39,669 bases of DNA from a virus (Duplodnaviria > Heunggongvirae > Uroviricota > Caudoviricetes). Below are positions 7,781 to 18,119 of this stretch, piece after piece. Position 1 is the stretch's first letter, and the number at the start of each line of letters is the position of its first letter. The notes beneath the pieces are model-generated. The model ran no database searches. It was not told where the DNA came from and worked only from the letters and a program-made list of their open reading frames with translations. A program made the translations under genes and the position numbers. Location: IMG/VR virus record IMGVR_UViG_2778261033_000015, one strand, 5' to 3'.

Positions 7781-8856
7781 GTGATTTCCCCCACGGTCAG
7801 CAACTCTGTATCTCCGGCCATCACGGACTTCAGCGGGCTGCGAACTTCAAAATCCTCCAGTCCTTTCACCCCTGCAACAGCCCGCCAGAATGATGAAGGC
7901 AATACAAGTCCACCCGGCCGCGATTCGTTATAAAGCAGGTCTGTTAATGCCTGTTTTACGGCAGCCTGATTTTCCGGCGTTTTGGGTACAATCCTGATCT
8001 CAAACGCCACCGGCTTATTGGTCAGCTTAAACACGCTGATTGTCGGCCCAAGTGGCTGACCAACGGGCTGGCCCGTCGCCGGATCATCATGACTGCGGAT
8101 ATAATCCGCCACCCGCTTCACATCACCTTCTCCGGGGAAAATGTCAGGGTTATTATCCTGAACAAAAGTCACACCAACACTACCCGCCTCAGGCCATTCA
8201 GGCTTACACCATGCCCGCGTCACGCCCGGTACTTCCCGTGCCCAGCGTTCAAAATCATACTGTGTTCCCCCTGATGGCGGGTTCTGTACCCGGAATACCA
8301 GCCTGGACAGCAACTCCGGCACCGTTTCCACATCCGCACCACCGGTGAGTCCCGTGCCGGTGACCGTGGCTGTCTGGTTGATGCCCGCCTGTGGCGTGAT
8401 AAAGGACAGGCGGGTTCCGGTCGGGGTATTTCCAGCGCGCCCCGCACTTTCCGCCTCCACATTAACATTCAGTGTTCCGGCTTTTCCGGTCGCAGAGCCG
8501 GTGATGCGGTACACAACCCCATCGCTTCGCTGAAGGAGTACGCCTTCCGTGATCCCTGCATCCGTGGTCAGCATCAGTTGTACCGGTCCGTCAGCGCGGG
8601 AAGCCGGTTTACGGATGACACCCCAGAATGCGCAGTGTTTCAGGAGTTCGGCTTCATCAGCTTCTGTCGGAATTATCTGCCGGGAGATCCAGGCCAGATG
8701 TTCATGCTCCTGTGCTGACAGACCCGCCAGTGCATACGCAATGGCATTCAGGGTGGTTTCATTCACGCCCGGCTGCGAACCGGGCAGGCGCTGGCTGATA
8801 TCCTGTTGTGTCTGTGTGATCAGTTGCGCCAGTGGTAAGGGCTGATAAGGCATCAT
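7771..8856 (-). CDS. Baseplate J-like protein (Mu gp47)
   Basis: 361-aa ORF in the baseplate block, overlapping neighbours by a few nt. Confidence 0.75.
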   Translation of the reverse strand: MMPYQPLPLAQLITQTQQDISQRLPGSQPGVNETTLNAIAYALAGLSAQEHEHLAWISRQIIPTEADEAELLKHCAFWGVIRKPASRADGPVQLMLTTDAGITEGVLLQRSDGVVYRITGSATGKAGTLNVNVEAESAGRAGNTPTGTRLSFITPQAGINQTATVTGTGLTGGADVETVPELLSRLVFRVQNPPSGGTQYDFERWAREVPGVTRAWCKPEWPEAGSVGVTFVQDNNPDIFPGEGDVKRVADYIRSHDDPATGQPVGQPLGPTISVFKLTNKPVAFEIRIVPKTPENQAAVKQALTDLLYNESRPGGLVLPSSFWRAVAGVKGLEDFEVRSPLKSVMAGDTELLTVGEITWL

Positions 8857-9290
8857 TCCCCCTTCATATCAGCATAAAAAATCATCGGATGTCTGCTTCC
8901 GTCCGGCAGGGTGATTTTCACGGAAAGCGAAAGGCGAGCATGCCCCACACGCATGGCATGACATACCACGGATGTGGCAGCACCGCTTTTATGCAGCCAC
9001 GCCAGCGCTTCATCAGCATAGGCCTGTGCACGGCTGACCACGGAGGACAGCGTCTTTTCACGGCTTAACAGCCAGAGACGGGAGCCAACGGGGCGCTCCC
9101 GGAAACTGTCTCCCCACCATCCCCGACGGTCACGGGTGCCGTCAGGGATTTCATCGGAATCCAGCGCCCGCCTGTCCGTAAACAGTGAAATAATGACCGC
9201 AGTCAGCAGGCTGTTATCCGTCAGAAGATCTGCGCCGTTCAGTTGCAGGGAACCGCAACCCTGATCCCAGACGACAGCAATATCAGCCAT
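8853..9290 (-). CDS. Baseplate protein (Mu gp46-like)
   Basis: Start set at internal Met (MADIAVVWDQGCGSLQL...), giving an 8-nt overlap with the upstream gene; the longer ORF to 9503 overlaps gp45 by ~220 nt. Confidence 0.65.
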   Translation of the reverse strand: MADIAVVWDQGCGSLQLNGADLLTDNSLLTAVIISLFTDRRALDSDEIPDGTRDRRGWWGDSFRERPVGSRLWLLSREKTLSSVVSRAQAYADEALAWLHKSGAATSVVCHAMRVGHARLSLSVKITLPDGSRHPMIFYADMKGE

Positions 9291-9897
9291 TCTCTGGTCC
9301 TCCCGTTTTGCTGCCTTCACCGTTATCGTGATGCACATGACCTGAATAGGTGATCCCGGCAATAACCGCTTCGGACATCGTGAACGTCCCCTGTGATCTT
9401 CCGGTGCCGTCAATGGACACATTGCCTTTGACATGCAGGTTCTTATCCACTGTGACATTACCGGTAAAGTGAGCCTCCGGTGTATCCACCTGAACACCTT
9501 CATCGGCGTAAATCTCCAGCGTCTTACAGGTCACAATGATCCGGCCGTTCTTTGTCAGACGTATACGGTGCCCCTCATGGTGATACACGCCGGTATCTCC
9601 GGCGGTAAGTCCGGTCGGGCGACTGCGGCGGTCTTCCACCACAAGCACCACGGCCTGATCCCGTTGTCCGCCAGCACAGGCCAGAAAAACTTCCGCACCA
9701 GGCAGGGGGACGCTGATTTGCCCGTACTGCTGGGGGCGTTCAACGTCATCAAAGGTTTCACCATCCATACCGGTGATTTGCACATTCTGGATTTTCAGCG
9801 TGTCCGTTGTGCCGGTCAGTACACCACGCCCGAACAGCAGACGAACACCCCGCATCACGGGGGCCAGAAGGCGGCTGATGACTTCGTCATTCATCAT
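9283..9897 (-). CDS. Baseplate assembly protein V / spike (Mu gp45-like)
   Basis: 204-aa ORF, gpV-like size and position. Confidence 0.75.
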   Translation of the reverse strand: MMNDEVISRLLAPVMRGVRLLFGRGVLTGTTDTLKIQNVQITGMDGETFDDVERPQQYGQISVPLPGAEVFLACAGGQRDQAVVLVVEDRRSRPTGLTAGDTGVYHHEGHRIRLTKNGRIIVTCKTLEIYADEGVQVDTPEAHFTGNVTVDKNLHVKGNVSIDGTGRSQGTFTMSEAVIAGITYSGHVHHDNGEGSKTGGPENG

Positions 9898-11011
9898 TGA
9901 ATTTAATCCCCTGTTTTTTCATCTGTGCCCGCACGAAGGCGTCCACGTCACCCGCATTTCCGCTTCCGCTGTTTCCCGGCTCTGCCGGAACAATAAAGCC
10001 GTCACGGGGTGCCAGAATCAGACGGGTGGTTTCGCCGTGATTTGCATCCAGCGAAAACTCCACCTGACAGACAAGAAGATCACGCTCTTCCACTCCGGTG
10101 CGGGGAGCCGTGACAGCCGTCAGCAGGTTGATATCCCACAACTGGCCGTTCTCCCGAAACCAGTGCCGCACGGTGGCTGTCAGGCGCACAGAGCGGGCAA
10201 CCGCCCGGCGCATTTCCCGGACAGCCCTCTGGCGTGCACCGTCTGCATCAACAGCATGATCCGCCAGCACAATTTTCGGTCTGTAACGGTGGATGGCACT
10301 GTCTGTCACCGTACCAACGGGTGCGGCCAGCGTTCCGGCTGTCAGTGCATCCCCGGCATGACCACCACCACGCCCGTGCCCCCGTACACGGTATTCACTG
10401 TGGCGCAGACGGTGATCCACGTTGTGATCCAAATCCAGCAGATTTTCGCCCAGCGTCAGCGTGTCGCCACGCTGACTGCCGGCCTGAGTGAAAACCAGTT
10501 CACCGGCGGCATTACTGGTTACCAGGACGCCTCTGTGTCTCGCGGCCCGTGTCAGCGCATCTGCCACGGTTTCTGAGTTTTCCAGTGTGAAGGTGGAAAA
10601 GGGCCGGGCTGCCGTTGCATCATTTACCTGCCAGCGCACCGTGACCCCGAACGGAGCACACAAATCTGAAGCAATGTGCTCCAGCGTGCGGTTCCTCCAC
10701 TGGCTGCCCGGATGAATGGCTGAACAGTCCACCAGGTCACCGGTTTTATCCCGTCCGCTGAGCGTGATCTGAAAACGCGTGGCGCTGATGCGCTGCCGGA
10801 CCTGATCCAGCCAGCCAGTGATCACAGGCTGACCGTCAATGCGCAATTCCAGAGACTGACCGGCACGGACGGATGACGGAAGGCGTACACCGGGCATCAT
10901 TACCCCCAGTTCAAAGGAGCCCGCCAGATGTTCAAGAGAGCGACGAACACTCACCGTCAGCCAGCCGGAAAAAATCTCACCGCCCAGATACAGTTCAACC
11001 CTGCTGCTCAC
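9887..11011 (-). CDS. Baseplate hub / tail protein (Mu gp44, P2 gpD-like)
   Basis: 374-aa ORF between the gp43-like and gpV-like genes. Confidence 0.7.
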   Translation of the reverse strand: MSSRVELYLGGEIFSGWLTVSVRRSLEHLAGSFELGVMMPGVRLPSSVRAGQSLELRIDGQPVITGWLDQVRQRISATRFQITLSGRDKTGDLVDCSAIHPGSQWRNRTLEHIASDLCAPFGVTVRWQVNDATAARPFSTFTLENSETVADALTRAARHRGVLVTSNAAGELVFTQAGSQRGDTLTLGENLLDLDHNVDHRLRHSEYRVRGHGRGGGHAGDALTAGTLAAPVGTVTDSAIHRYRPKIVLADHAVDADGARQRAVREMRRAVARSVRLTATVRHWFRENGQLWDINLLTAVTAPRTGVEERDLLVCQVEFSLDANHGETTRLILAPRDGFIVPAEPGNSGSGNAGDVDAFVRAQMKKQGIKFNDE

Positions 11012-12365
11012 TAATCACCTCCACTGAATGGCCTCCGGGAATGAACAGCGGATCAACAATACCGTTACGGCGCACAAAACGTTGCCAGCCGGTACTGTTC
11101 CCGGTGGCACGGTACAGGGTCACCAGTGCAGGCTCGGTGGTACGTACAGTCACTACTGTTGCACCGGGTAGCTGAACTCCCCGTGTATTCAGATCCTCTG
11201 TCAGTGCCAGTCTGGCATCACGAAGCGTCAGCGCCGTGGCGGTATACCCCTGCCCGGACAGTGTCATCACCTGCCGTTCGAGCGCTTCGCTTAAGTCACG
11301 GTTAATGCGCTGAAGATCAACTGAACTTTCCAGCCAGACAGGCCAGGTACGGTGGGCTGCGTCACTGTCCGGCAGGGTTTCCTGACTGAGAACCTGATCC
11401 AGCAGTTTTCCCACGGTCTGTGCCTGGGCCACCACGGCAGCACTCTGCATTACCGCCCGTATCAGACGAATATTCTTTTGTGCTGCCGGTGTCAGACCGA
11501 TGAGAGTCTGCGGATTATCCTGCTCATCCAGCACGTAACGCAGGGAAGATAATGTCCTGTACAGTTGCGGCATTCCCTGAGAGAAGGCGGATGTCGTCCG
11601 GCCGATACTGCCACCGGGCCGGGTATTCAGGCCTCCTGAAGACAGTGACGGCAGCGATGGCAGGGTGATCAGGGCACTGAAAAGCCCCGCAAAAGATGAG
11701 GCCATGCGGGAAGGTGCTGTCAGTAATGCCGTGGCATTCCCTTTCAGCGCCGTGAACGTGGCAGTAAAGGCACTGATATCCTGTACAATCCCCATGCCGG
11801 AAACGGCATTTTCCAGGGCGGACACCTTATCGCTGATGGTTTCGGTCATTGCCTGGACATCGTGCATTCCGTCAGAAATCACCGTCCAGCCCGCTTCCAG
11901 GGTTTCAAAAACCTTCCCGAGCGCGGTGGTACTCTTCTGCTCCAGAATGGCGGCCGTGTCCTGTGTGACAGCAGGTGCGGTATCATCACTTACCGGCGTG
12001 ACATTAATGGTGAACTCAACCACGCCCTGTTCAGCAGCGTTATAACGACTTTCAAAGCTGTTTATCAGCACATTTAACGTGCCGTAATCCGGGTGAAGCA
12101 GCTCCCCGGCACCGGGAGCACGAAGGGCATCACGCAGACGATTTCGCTGTGTCTGAACATCATCCCCCATCACAAGTACACTGAACGTAAATTCAGCCAG
12201 TTTAGGTCCCAGATCGTCTGCACCACCGGTTTCCCGTAACGGATATTCCCGACGGACAATGTTTCGCCCGCCACGTTCGCGCTGCTCACGCCAGACGAGG
12301 AACGGCACACCACGGAACGCACCACGACCGTCACCAGAGGCCATAATTCCCTCCGTTCCAGACAT
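10995..12365 (-). CDS. Tail protein with DNA-circularisation N-terminal domain (Mu gp43 / P-like)
   Basis: 456-aa ORF directly downstream of the tape measure gene. Confidence 0.7.
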   Translation of the reverse strand: MSGTEGIMASGDGRGAFRGVPFLVWREQRERGGRNIVRREYPLRETGGADDLGPKLAEFTFSVLVMGDDVQTQRNRLRDALRAPGAGELLHPDYGTLNVLINSFESRYNAAEQGVVEFTINVTPVSDDTAPAVTQDTAAILEQKSTTALGKVFETLEAGWTVISDGMHDVQAMTETISDKVSALENAVSGMGIVQDISAFTATFTALKGNATALLTAPSRMASSFAGLFSALITLPSLPSLSSGGLNTRPGGSIGRTTSAFSQGMPQLYRTLSSLRYVLDEQDNPQTLIGLTPAAQKNIRLIRAVMQSAAVVAQAQTVGKLLDQVLSQETLPDSDAAHRTWPVWLESSVDLQRINRDLSEALERQVMTLSGQGYTATALTLRDARLALTEDLNTRGVQLPGATVVTVRTTEPALVTLYRATGNSTGWQRFVRRNGIVDPLFIPGGHSVEVISEQQG

Positions 12366-14406
12366 TCACATCCAGTCCGTGACCGGACGTGTCATCAATA
12401 TCAATACTGCGAGCCTGCCACCCTTCCGGGGCAACCAGCTCCACACGGGCAGAGGCTTTTTGTACCGCCTGTCCACTGCTTTCATCATCACTGCCCCGTA
12501 ATTTCTGCCAGGCTTCAGTCAGCCATCCCCCCAGATAGTTACCGAGATAGCTGCCCACCGTAGAACCAATGGCAATCCCCACAGGTCCGGCTGCCGCCCC
12601 CAGCGCACCACCGGCAATACTGCCTGCAAGAGAGCCGACCGCTTCTCCCTTGTCTGTGGCACTGGCGCTGCCATCCAGCAGAACCGGGGCTGCCATCGCG
12701 CCAGCCCACAGGGCACCTCCACCCAGCCGGCCGGCCAGTCCACCGGCACTGCGGAAAAAGCCGGAGAAACGCCCCAGCCCCATGCGGCTACCGACAGACG
12801 AAAGTAACCCACCGGCGCGCCCCATCATGCGCCCCCAGAACCCTGCCCCACCAGAAGAGGGAGACGGTGGCACTGGGGACGGTGGCAGGGGAGGCGTGAC
12901 CGGTCTTCCGCGCCCCGGTCCGCGTTTCCTGCGGCCCCGCCCCTGACGTCCGCCTGAGGATGTATCGGTCGCGCCGGTGCCGGACAGTCCTCCTGTGGGC
13001 CAGTTTGTTACAAGTACTGGCTGAACGGCTGCCGGATTTACCCCGGTAAGAAAGTTTATAAAACGTTGCCCTCGTCCCTGAGATGTGCCTGGTGGTGTTC
13101 CGGCCGGAGGAGAGCGCCGGAAAGGTGAGGTCAGGAAGGCCGCCGCTGATAATCCGTATCCCAGCAATGCAGCACCCGGACGTATAATCCCCGTTCCGAC
13201 AGCCCGCGCCATTTTCAGGGCACGGGTGGCGAGATACATGTACAGCAGGTATTTCGCGGCGGTCTGTGCCCCCTGACCAATGCGATCCAGCGCATCACCA
13301 TAGCCCGCATCCCGCAGAGCCTGAAGCGTGTCGCGTACCTTTCTGATCGCCTGATAAAACCCAGTCACTGCATCACGGGCATACTCAAAGCCCTGGTTCA
13401 TGGCTGATGCCGTGCTTTCCGCCAGGGAATGGTAACTGCCATCAGATTTGGCACTGTCAACCCATGAAAGAAATCCCCTGAGATTACCCTTCAGTTTTTC
13501 AAATGGCCCACTGTCCATCACATCCCGGGCAAACTGGTCCCAGACGTCACCCATCATGGCCGTCAGGCCACTCCAGGAATTCATTGCGTCCTTTTGTGCT
13601 CCCCTGGCCTGTTCCGCCAGCGTCTGAAATAACAGGCGAATACTGTCCGGCCCAAGCAGCCCTTTTTCACCAAGTTTTCTGACCACTTTCTGGTCCACAC
13701 CCAGACGATCAGCCAGCACGCGGTAGGCATTAATGCCGTAGGTGGCAAGAATATTTGCATCCGCCGCCTGAATACTGCCTCTTGCATACATCTGTTTCAG
13801 TTGCAGGGATGCCCCCTGTGCATCGGACAGTGACCAGCCGCCCACGGCACCCTGATCCTGAAGCATGGTGACAAAATTTCGGGCCTCCCTGTCACTCATA
13901 CCAAAGCCCAGACTGGACGTATATTCCTGCATGACGCCAGCCAGCCCCCAGGTGGTTTCCTTCGCATTCTGTATTGCCCACCTGCGGACATCATCAGTTT
14001 TCGCCCGATCCCCTTTGTAAAGGGAGTTCAGGCGAATCATATAGGTTTCCATCTCCGCTGCCGGGCGAATAAATCCCCGGTTAAAGCCATATACAGCAGC
14101 ACCACCGGCCAGCATTCCGTAAAGATTGCTGATCCGCCCGATGGTGCCGGTAATACTGCCCTGAAGACGGTCAAAATCAGAAGTGACATGGCGGATACTG
14201 CCCCGCACCCCGGCCAGCGTGCGCTGCATCCTGCTTCCGAGTACATCTGTTTCCTGCCCGGCACGGCGGGCAGCATTTCCCAGGCCACCCAGCCCCGCCT
14301 GGCCGGAGCGTGAGAATGCCCCCAGCTCCTGTGACCACTGGCGGGATTTGGCTGAGATATTGCCGAGCAAATCAACTATCAGAGATGCTCTGAGATTTCG
14401 GGCCAT
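12331..14406 (-). CDS. Tail tape measure protein (Mu gp42 / N-like)
   Basis: 691-aa ORF with long Gly/Pro/Ala-rich low-complexity stretches; downstream of tube and chaperone genes. Confidence 0.8.
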   Translation of the reverse strand: MARNLRASLIVDLLGNISAKSRQWSQELGAFSRSGQAGLGGLGNAARRAGQETDVLGSRMQRTLAGVRGSIRHVTSDFDRLQGSITGTIGRISNLYGMLAGGAAVYGFNRGFIRPAAEMETYMIRLNSLYKGDRAKTDDVRRWAIQNAKETTWGLAGVMQEYTSSLGFGMSDREARNFVTMLQDQGAVGGWSLSDAQGASLQLKQMYARGSIQAADANILATYGINAYRVLADRLGVDQKVVRKLGEKGLLGPDSIRLLFQTLAEQARGAQKDAMNSWSGLTAMMGDVWDQFARDVMDSGPFEKLKGNLRGFLSWVDSAKSDGSYHSLAESTASAMNQGFEYARDAVTGFYQAIRKVRDTLQALRDAGYGDALDRIGQGAQTAAKYLLYMYLATRALKMARAVGTGIIRPGAALLGYGLSAAAFLTSPFRRSPPAGTPPGTSQGRGQRFINFLTGVNPAAVQPVLVTNWPTGGLSGTGATDTSSGGRQGRGRRKRGPGRGRPVTPPLPPSPVPPSPSSGGAGFWGRMMGRAGGLLSSVGSRMGLGRFSGFFRSAGGLAGRLGGGALWAGAMAAPVLLDGSASATDKGEAVGSLAGSIAGGALGAAAGPVGIAIGSTVGSYLGNYLGGWLTEAWQKLRGSDDESSGQAVQKASARVELVAPEGWQARSIDIDDTSGHGLDVNVWNGGNYGLW

Positions 14407-14532
14407 ACTTACTGCTTCGTTCTGATGATTTTTTCTGTCTGTCGGCAGTGCCGGTAAAGTTGCGACAGGGGGAGGTTAAGCGCCCATTCCGGACCGCTTT
14501 TTGTCACCATCCCCAGGATAATTGCCGCTTCT

Positions 14533-15027
14533 TCAATCTGATCCCGACACTGCGCCTGATCGCCCCCGGTCAGCTGCCAGCTTTCCGGCAAGCGCGGTAT
14601 CCAGCAGGCTGACCGCTGCCATCAGGCGGGAGAGATCGCGCTCGCTTAACTGTCCAATCTGACGGGGTGACAACGGACCTTCAATGTCTCCCACTGCGGC
14701 AATCTGACGGCGCAGCAGTGCAACACCGCGTAACGACGGAGACGCTATCAGCATCGGGCCATTGTTTGTCTCCACCACGCGCTCGGCTTCTGCTTCTGCG
14801 TCAATACTGTCTTTCGCTGTCAGTTCCCGGAACGTGACACGATATTCACGGGTCTCACCAAACGGCAGACCATCAAGCAGATCCACATATCCCTTTGCCA
14901 GTTGCTCTGTCAGCCCGGCAGTGCGTGGATCAGCCCCCTCAAGTGCTTCCCGGATTGCCTCCATCACGGCTGCCTCGGAAACTGCCGTTTTTTTCTTACG
15001 TGTGGTCATTTTATTTTTCCTGATCAC
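14533..15027 (-). CDS. Putative tail assembly chaperone (Mu gp41-like)
   Basis: 164-aa ORF between tube and tape measure; a 60-aa ORF (14409-14591) overlaps its 3' end in another frame. Confidence 0.5.
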   Translation of the reverse strand: MIRKNKMTTRKKKTAVSEAAVMEAIREALEGADPRTAGLTEQLAKGYVDLLDGLPFGETREYRVTFRELTAKDSIDAEAEAERVVETNNGPMLIASPSLRGVALLRRQIAAVGDIEGPLSPRQIGQLSERDLSRLMAAVSLLDTALAGKLAADRGRSGAVSGSD

Positions 15028-15389
15028 TGAACACGGGTACTGGAGGCGCTGGCGAACTTCACGGAGATCTCCCCGCCACCGTCAAGCGAGGCCGGTTCAC
15101 TGCTCCAGGCCTTCGTCATCATGTGGACTTCGCCGGTATCCGCCACAAACTCGATAGTGACCGCAGTCCAGTTGTTGATTTCATCGGCGGCTGGTGAACC
15201 TTCTCCGCCTGCCGGAAATTTGCAGTCCAGCGTCGCTTCACGTGGTTTCTGGCGGTAACCATAGACTTTCGCGCCTTTCACCACTTCACGTTCAAAACCA
15301 GACGGAGAAAATGTAGCCCCCTCAAGCGTCTCGTATTCCTGACCGTTCACACGGATAGTGGCCGTACCCTGATACTGTTTTCCGCTCAT
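15024..15389 (-). CDS. Tail tube protein (Mu M-like)
   Basis: 121-aa ORF immediately downstream of the sheath gene. Confidence 0.7.
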   Translation of the reverse strand: MSGKQYQGTATIRVNGQEYETLEGATFSPSGFEREVVKGAKVYGYRQKPREATLDCKFPAGGEGSPAADEINNWTAVTIEFVADTGEVHMMTKAWSSEPASLDGGGEISVKFASASSTRVQ

Positions 15390-15397
15390 GCCTTACC

Positions 15398-16900
15398 TCA
15401 CAAAATGAAACGGATCTGTGCTGCCAGGAAGCGGAACTGGTTAACCAGATCCGGCGTGCATAACACGTCAAGACGGTTTCGATCTGACGCATTACGCTCC
15501 ACAAGCAGATTCTTTTTAAAGGTGTCCAGATTTTCGACCAGCCCGAGTTCCACCCACTCTTCACCCAGCGAAATTAACTGAAGCTTCATGATCTCCGGCG
15601 TCACGATATTCTGACCGGCACGAACGGGCGTCCCGTCATCAGCCAGTTTATGGCGCGGAAAACGTTGTGTGATAAAAGTACGCAGGGAATAACGCAGCCA
15701 GGAGAGGGTGTAGATGGTTTCCACATCCAGATAGCTGGGATCACTTTCGCCGTACACGTTCTGGCGATACATGGTCACCTGACGTTCGATCTGAACCACA
15801 TCACCGGCAGCCACACTGACCGTGGCAATCCCTCCCCACAGCAGACTGTTACGCTCTTCACGCGTCAGACGATCGGCCGGAGCCGGGGCCATGCGTGACG
15901 GAAGCGCCAGCGTCTGAAGCGGACGCGCAGGATCTGCTCCCAGAGAGGGTGCACAGGTGGCACAGACCGCCGCTGCCCAGAGGTAATCCGGTTCAGGGGC
16001 TTTGGGAATGGATGTGCAGGTCGCCAGAAAATCATTGCGTTTTGCCCCGAATGCCTGCACCTCACCAAACGTGCCGGTATGTGCCAGCCACAGCACGCCG
16101 TCAGACATTTTGGCCGGTCCCCAGCGTTTCAGAAGCTCATCACTGATGATTTTCAGGTTTGCATCATCCTTATAGGGCATGACGACATAGTTGTACTGGC
16201 GATCGCCCATACCCGCCACGCTTCGGGTGATATCCGGGTTAGCCGCTTTTTGTTTCGGATAGGCTATAGCGACCTGTATTCCTTCCGGGGTTGCTTCCCC
16301 GTCGTGATAGTTCAGGCGCACATCATGAACGGAGCATTCACCGGTAAAGCGGGCGGTGATCCCCAGAGACCCTTTCAGACCTGCGCCATTATCACCACTT
16401 CCTGCACCAGAGGAGGCCGTGAAGGGCGCGTCAGGATCGGCATTGATCAGCGCGGCCAGCTCGTCGGTCAGTTCTTTGCCTTTCTTACCTTTTGGTGCCG
16501 GGAGTGTATAACGCCGCCCCCCCACGCAGGCATAAACAATCCCGTCACGGGTGACCGTTCCGGTCAGATTCATGGCCGCAGCCGTTGCCTGTCCGGTGCC
16601 GTTCCCCTGAGCAATGGCATACAGTTCAGCATCAGGATTGATGGCGATAAATTCCGCCACCATCAGGGCAATCATGGAGCCGCGCCCCCAGAGTTCTGTT
16701 GCCTGAGACGCACGGGTGATCCTGACCGGAACATCCAGAACACCGGCACCGTCCACGGCATTCTCTTTCATTCTCGCCTGACCAAACAGCAGCACACACT
16801 GACGCTGTGCCGGAGTGCCGGTGACAGCCATGGAGTTATTAAACTCAACCTCAATCAGCGGTATACGGCGGTCATTACCGATCCCGTCAAAATTAATCAT
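15398..16900 (-). CDS. Contractile tail sheath protein (Mu L-like)
   Basis: 500-aa ORF of sheath size, upstream of the tube gene. Confidence 0.85.
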   Translation of the reverse strand: MINFDGIGNDRRIPLIEVEFNNSMAVTGTPAQRQCVLLFGQARMKENAVDGAGVLDVPVRITRASQATELWGRGSMIALMVAEFIAINPDAELYAIAQGNGTGQATAAAMNLTGTVTRDGIVYACVGGRRYTLPAPKGKKGKELTDELAALINADPDAPFTASSGAGSGDNGAGLKGSLGITARFTGECSVHDVRLNYHDGEATPEGIQVAIAYPKQKAANPDITRSVAGMGDRQYNYVVMPYKDDANLKIISDELLKRWGPAKMSDGVLWLAHTGTFGEVQAFGAKRNDFLATCTSIPKAPEPDYLWAAAVCATCAPSLGADPARPLQTLALPSRMAPAPADRLTREERNSLLWGGIATVSVAAGDVVQIERQVTMYRQNVYGESDPSYLDVETIYTLSWLRYSLRTFITQRFPRHKLADDGTPVRAGQNIVTPEIMKLQLISLGEEWVELGLVENLDTFKKNLLVERNASDRNRLDVLCTPDLVNQFRFLAAQIRFIL

Positions 16901-17142
16901 TGCGGTTTCTCCTTATCGGATGCCGGTTGGGCGACCGGTTTTTCTGTCGCAGTCGTTGCATCCGCAGATACAGCCGGAGCCTCTTCAGCGGCTTTTTCAG
17001 CCTGAATGACATCGCCGTCATCAAGACGCCGACACCAGAACGGCGTAAAGGGCTTTTCCTCCCCCTCCTGTGCCAGCGGGCGCATTGTGTCGGGATCACG
17101 AATCAGGCGTCCCGGCGCGGGTTTGATAAAGATGGTTTTCAT
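16897..17142 (-). CDS. Small conserved protein (Mu gp38-like, DUF2635-type)
   Basis: MKTIFIKPAPGRLIRDPDTM...WCRRLDDGDV pattern; 4-nt overlap with sheath gene. Confidence 0.55.
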   Translation of the reverse strand: MKTIFIKPAPGRLIRDPDTMRPLAQEGEEKPFTPFWCRRLDDGDVIQAEKAAEEAPAVSADATTATEKPVAQPASDKEKPQ

Positions 17143-17703
17143 TTACAGTTCCTCCGGCGGTTCGACCGCCGTTGTCGTGTTCCCCGGCAAATCAATATGT
17201 GCCTCAAACGGCGGCGTACCGGGCGGCTCCACAAAGGTTTCGTAATGACGCAGGAAGTCGTCCAGCGAGCTGGTATCGGTCAGCGGTGCGATCATTTCCT
17301 CGCAGGAGAAATAAAGCGCATACATCACCGCACCACTGTCCGCCTGGGTTTCGGTGTAACCGTTGACCGCCTTTTCAAAGTAAAGCGGTGAGGTTTTTTC
17401 TGTTCTGAAGCCGTTAAGCACGGCAATCAGCCGGGCCACAATCTGATACAGTCCGGGACGGCTGGCCTCACGCCCGTTGAGCATGTCGCCGATGACGTAG
17501 AACACCCAGTGACTGACCAGGCGACCACGGGTACGGCCTTCACCGGCACCCAGCCAGGCAACGTAGATCGCCGGGGCGTTAATCAGCATGGTGCGCAGTA
17601 CGCTGTCGCTCCAGTCGCCGGGATGCGTGTCAACAGACACCAGTTCATTCCCGAAATACTCACGGATACGGGCGATGTATGCCTGTTCGGTTTCCGTAAT
17701 CAT
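17143..17703 (-). CDS. Head-tail joining protein (Mu gp37-like)
   Basis: 186-aa ORF, Mu-like position. Confidence 0.6.
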   Translation of the reverse strand: MITETEQAYIARIREYFGNELVSVDTHPGDWSDSVLRTMLINAPAIYVAWLGAGEGRTRGRLVSHWVFYVIGDMLNGREASRPGLYQIVARLIAVLNGFRTEKTSPLYFEKAVNGYTETQADSGAVMYALYFSCEEMIAPLTDTSSLDDFLRHYETFVEPPGTPPFEAHIDLPGNTTTAVEPPEEL

Positions 17704-18119
17704 ATGAAGCCCTTCTGGTTGCGCCCGAATACCGCTGCATCAGACTGAACCTGTGGTAAATCCCCGGATTCAGGGGCCGCACCGTTCGTATCCACACCGA
17801 CCGGCACATTGCCGTTCATGACATCTTTCAGCCAGGCCAGCGCTTCACGGTAACGGTCACGCGCCTGATCGGAGGCTCGCTGATCGCACAGGTAATAAAA
17901 GGCAATCGCGCAACAGTGCTGAACAAGAACGGCCGGAATAACCTCCAGCGGCAACGTGTAACGGGCGGACAGATAGCTGTCGATAAGGGCTGACGCATCT
18001 GTCAGCGCCCGGTTCAGCTTGCGCGTGTCCGGCTCATCCGAACGGGGCACAGCCAGTAACGGCCTGAGCAAATCCTCGCGGTAACGCGCCCGCATATCGG
18101 TTTCAGTGGCGTAATTCAT
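17700..18119 (-). CDS. Head-tail connector/completion protein (Mu gp36-like)
   Basis: 139 aa, MNYATETDMRARYRED... N-terminus typical of the gp36 family. Confidence 0.6.
   Translation of the reverse strand: MNYATETDMRARYREDLLRPLLAVPRSDEPDTRKLNRALTDASALIDSYLSARYTLPLEVIPAVLVQHCCAIAFYYLCDQRASDQARDRYREALAWLKDVMNGNVPVGVDTNGAAPESGDLPQVQSDAAVFGRNQKGFI

Noticed and set aside
16079-17005. 308-aa plus-strand ORF (and similar long plus-strand ORFs at 9773-10576, 19502-20065, 23727-24326, 12569-12946)
   Set aside because: All lie antisense to well-supported, tightly coupled late genes; Arg/Cys/His-rich shadow frames of GC-rich coding sequence.
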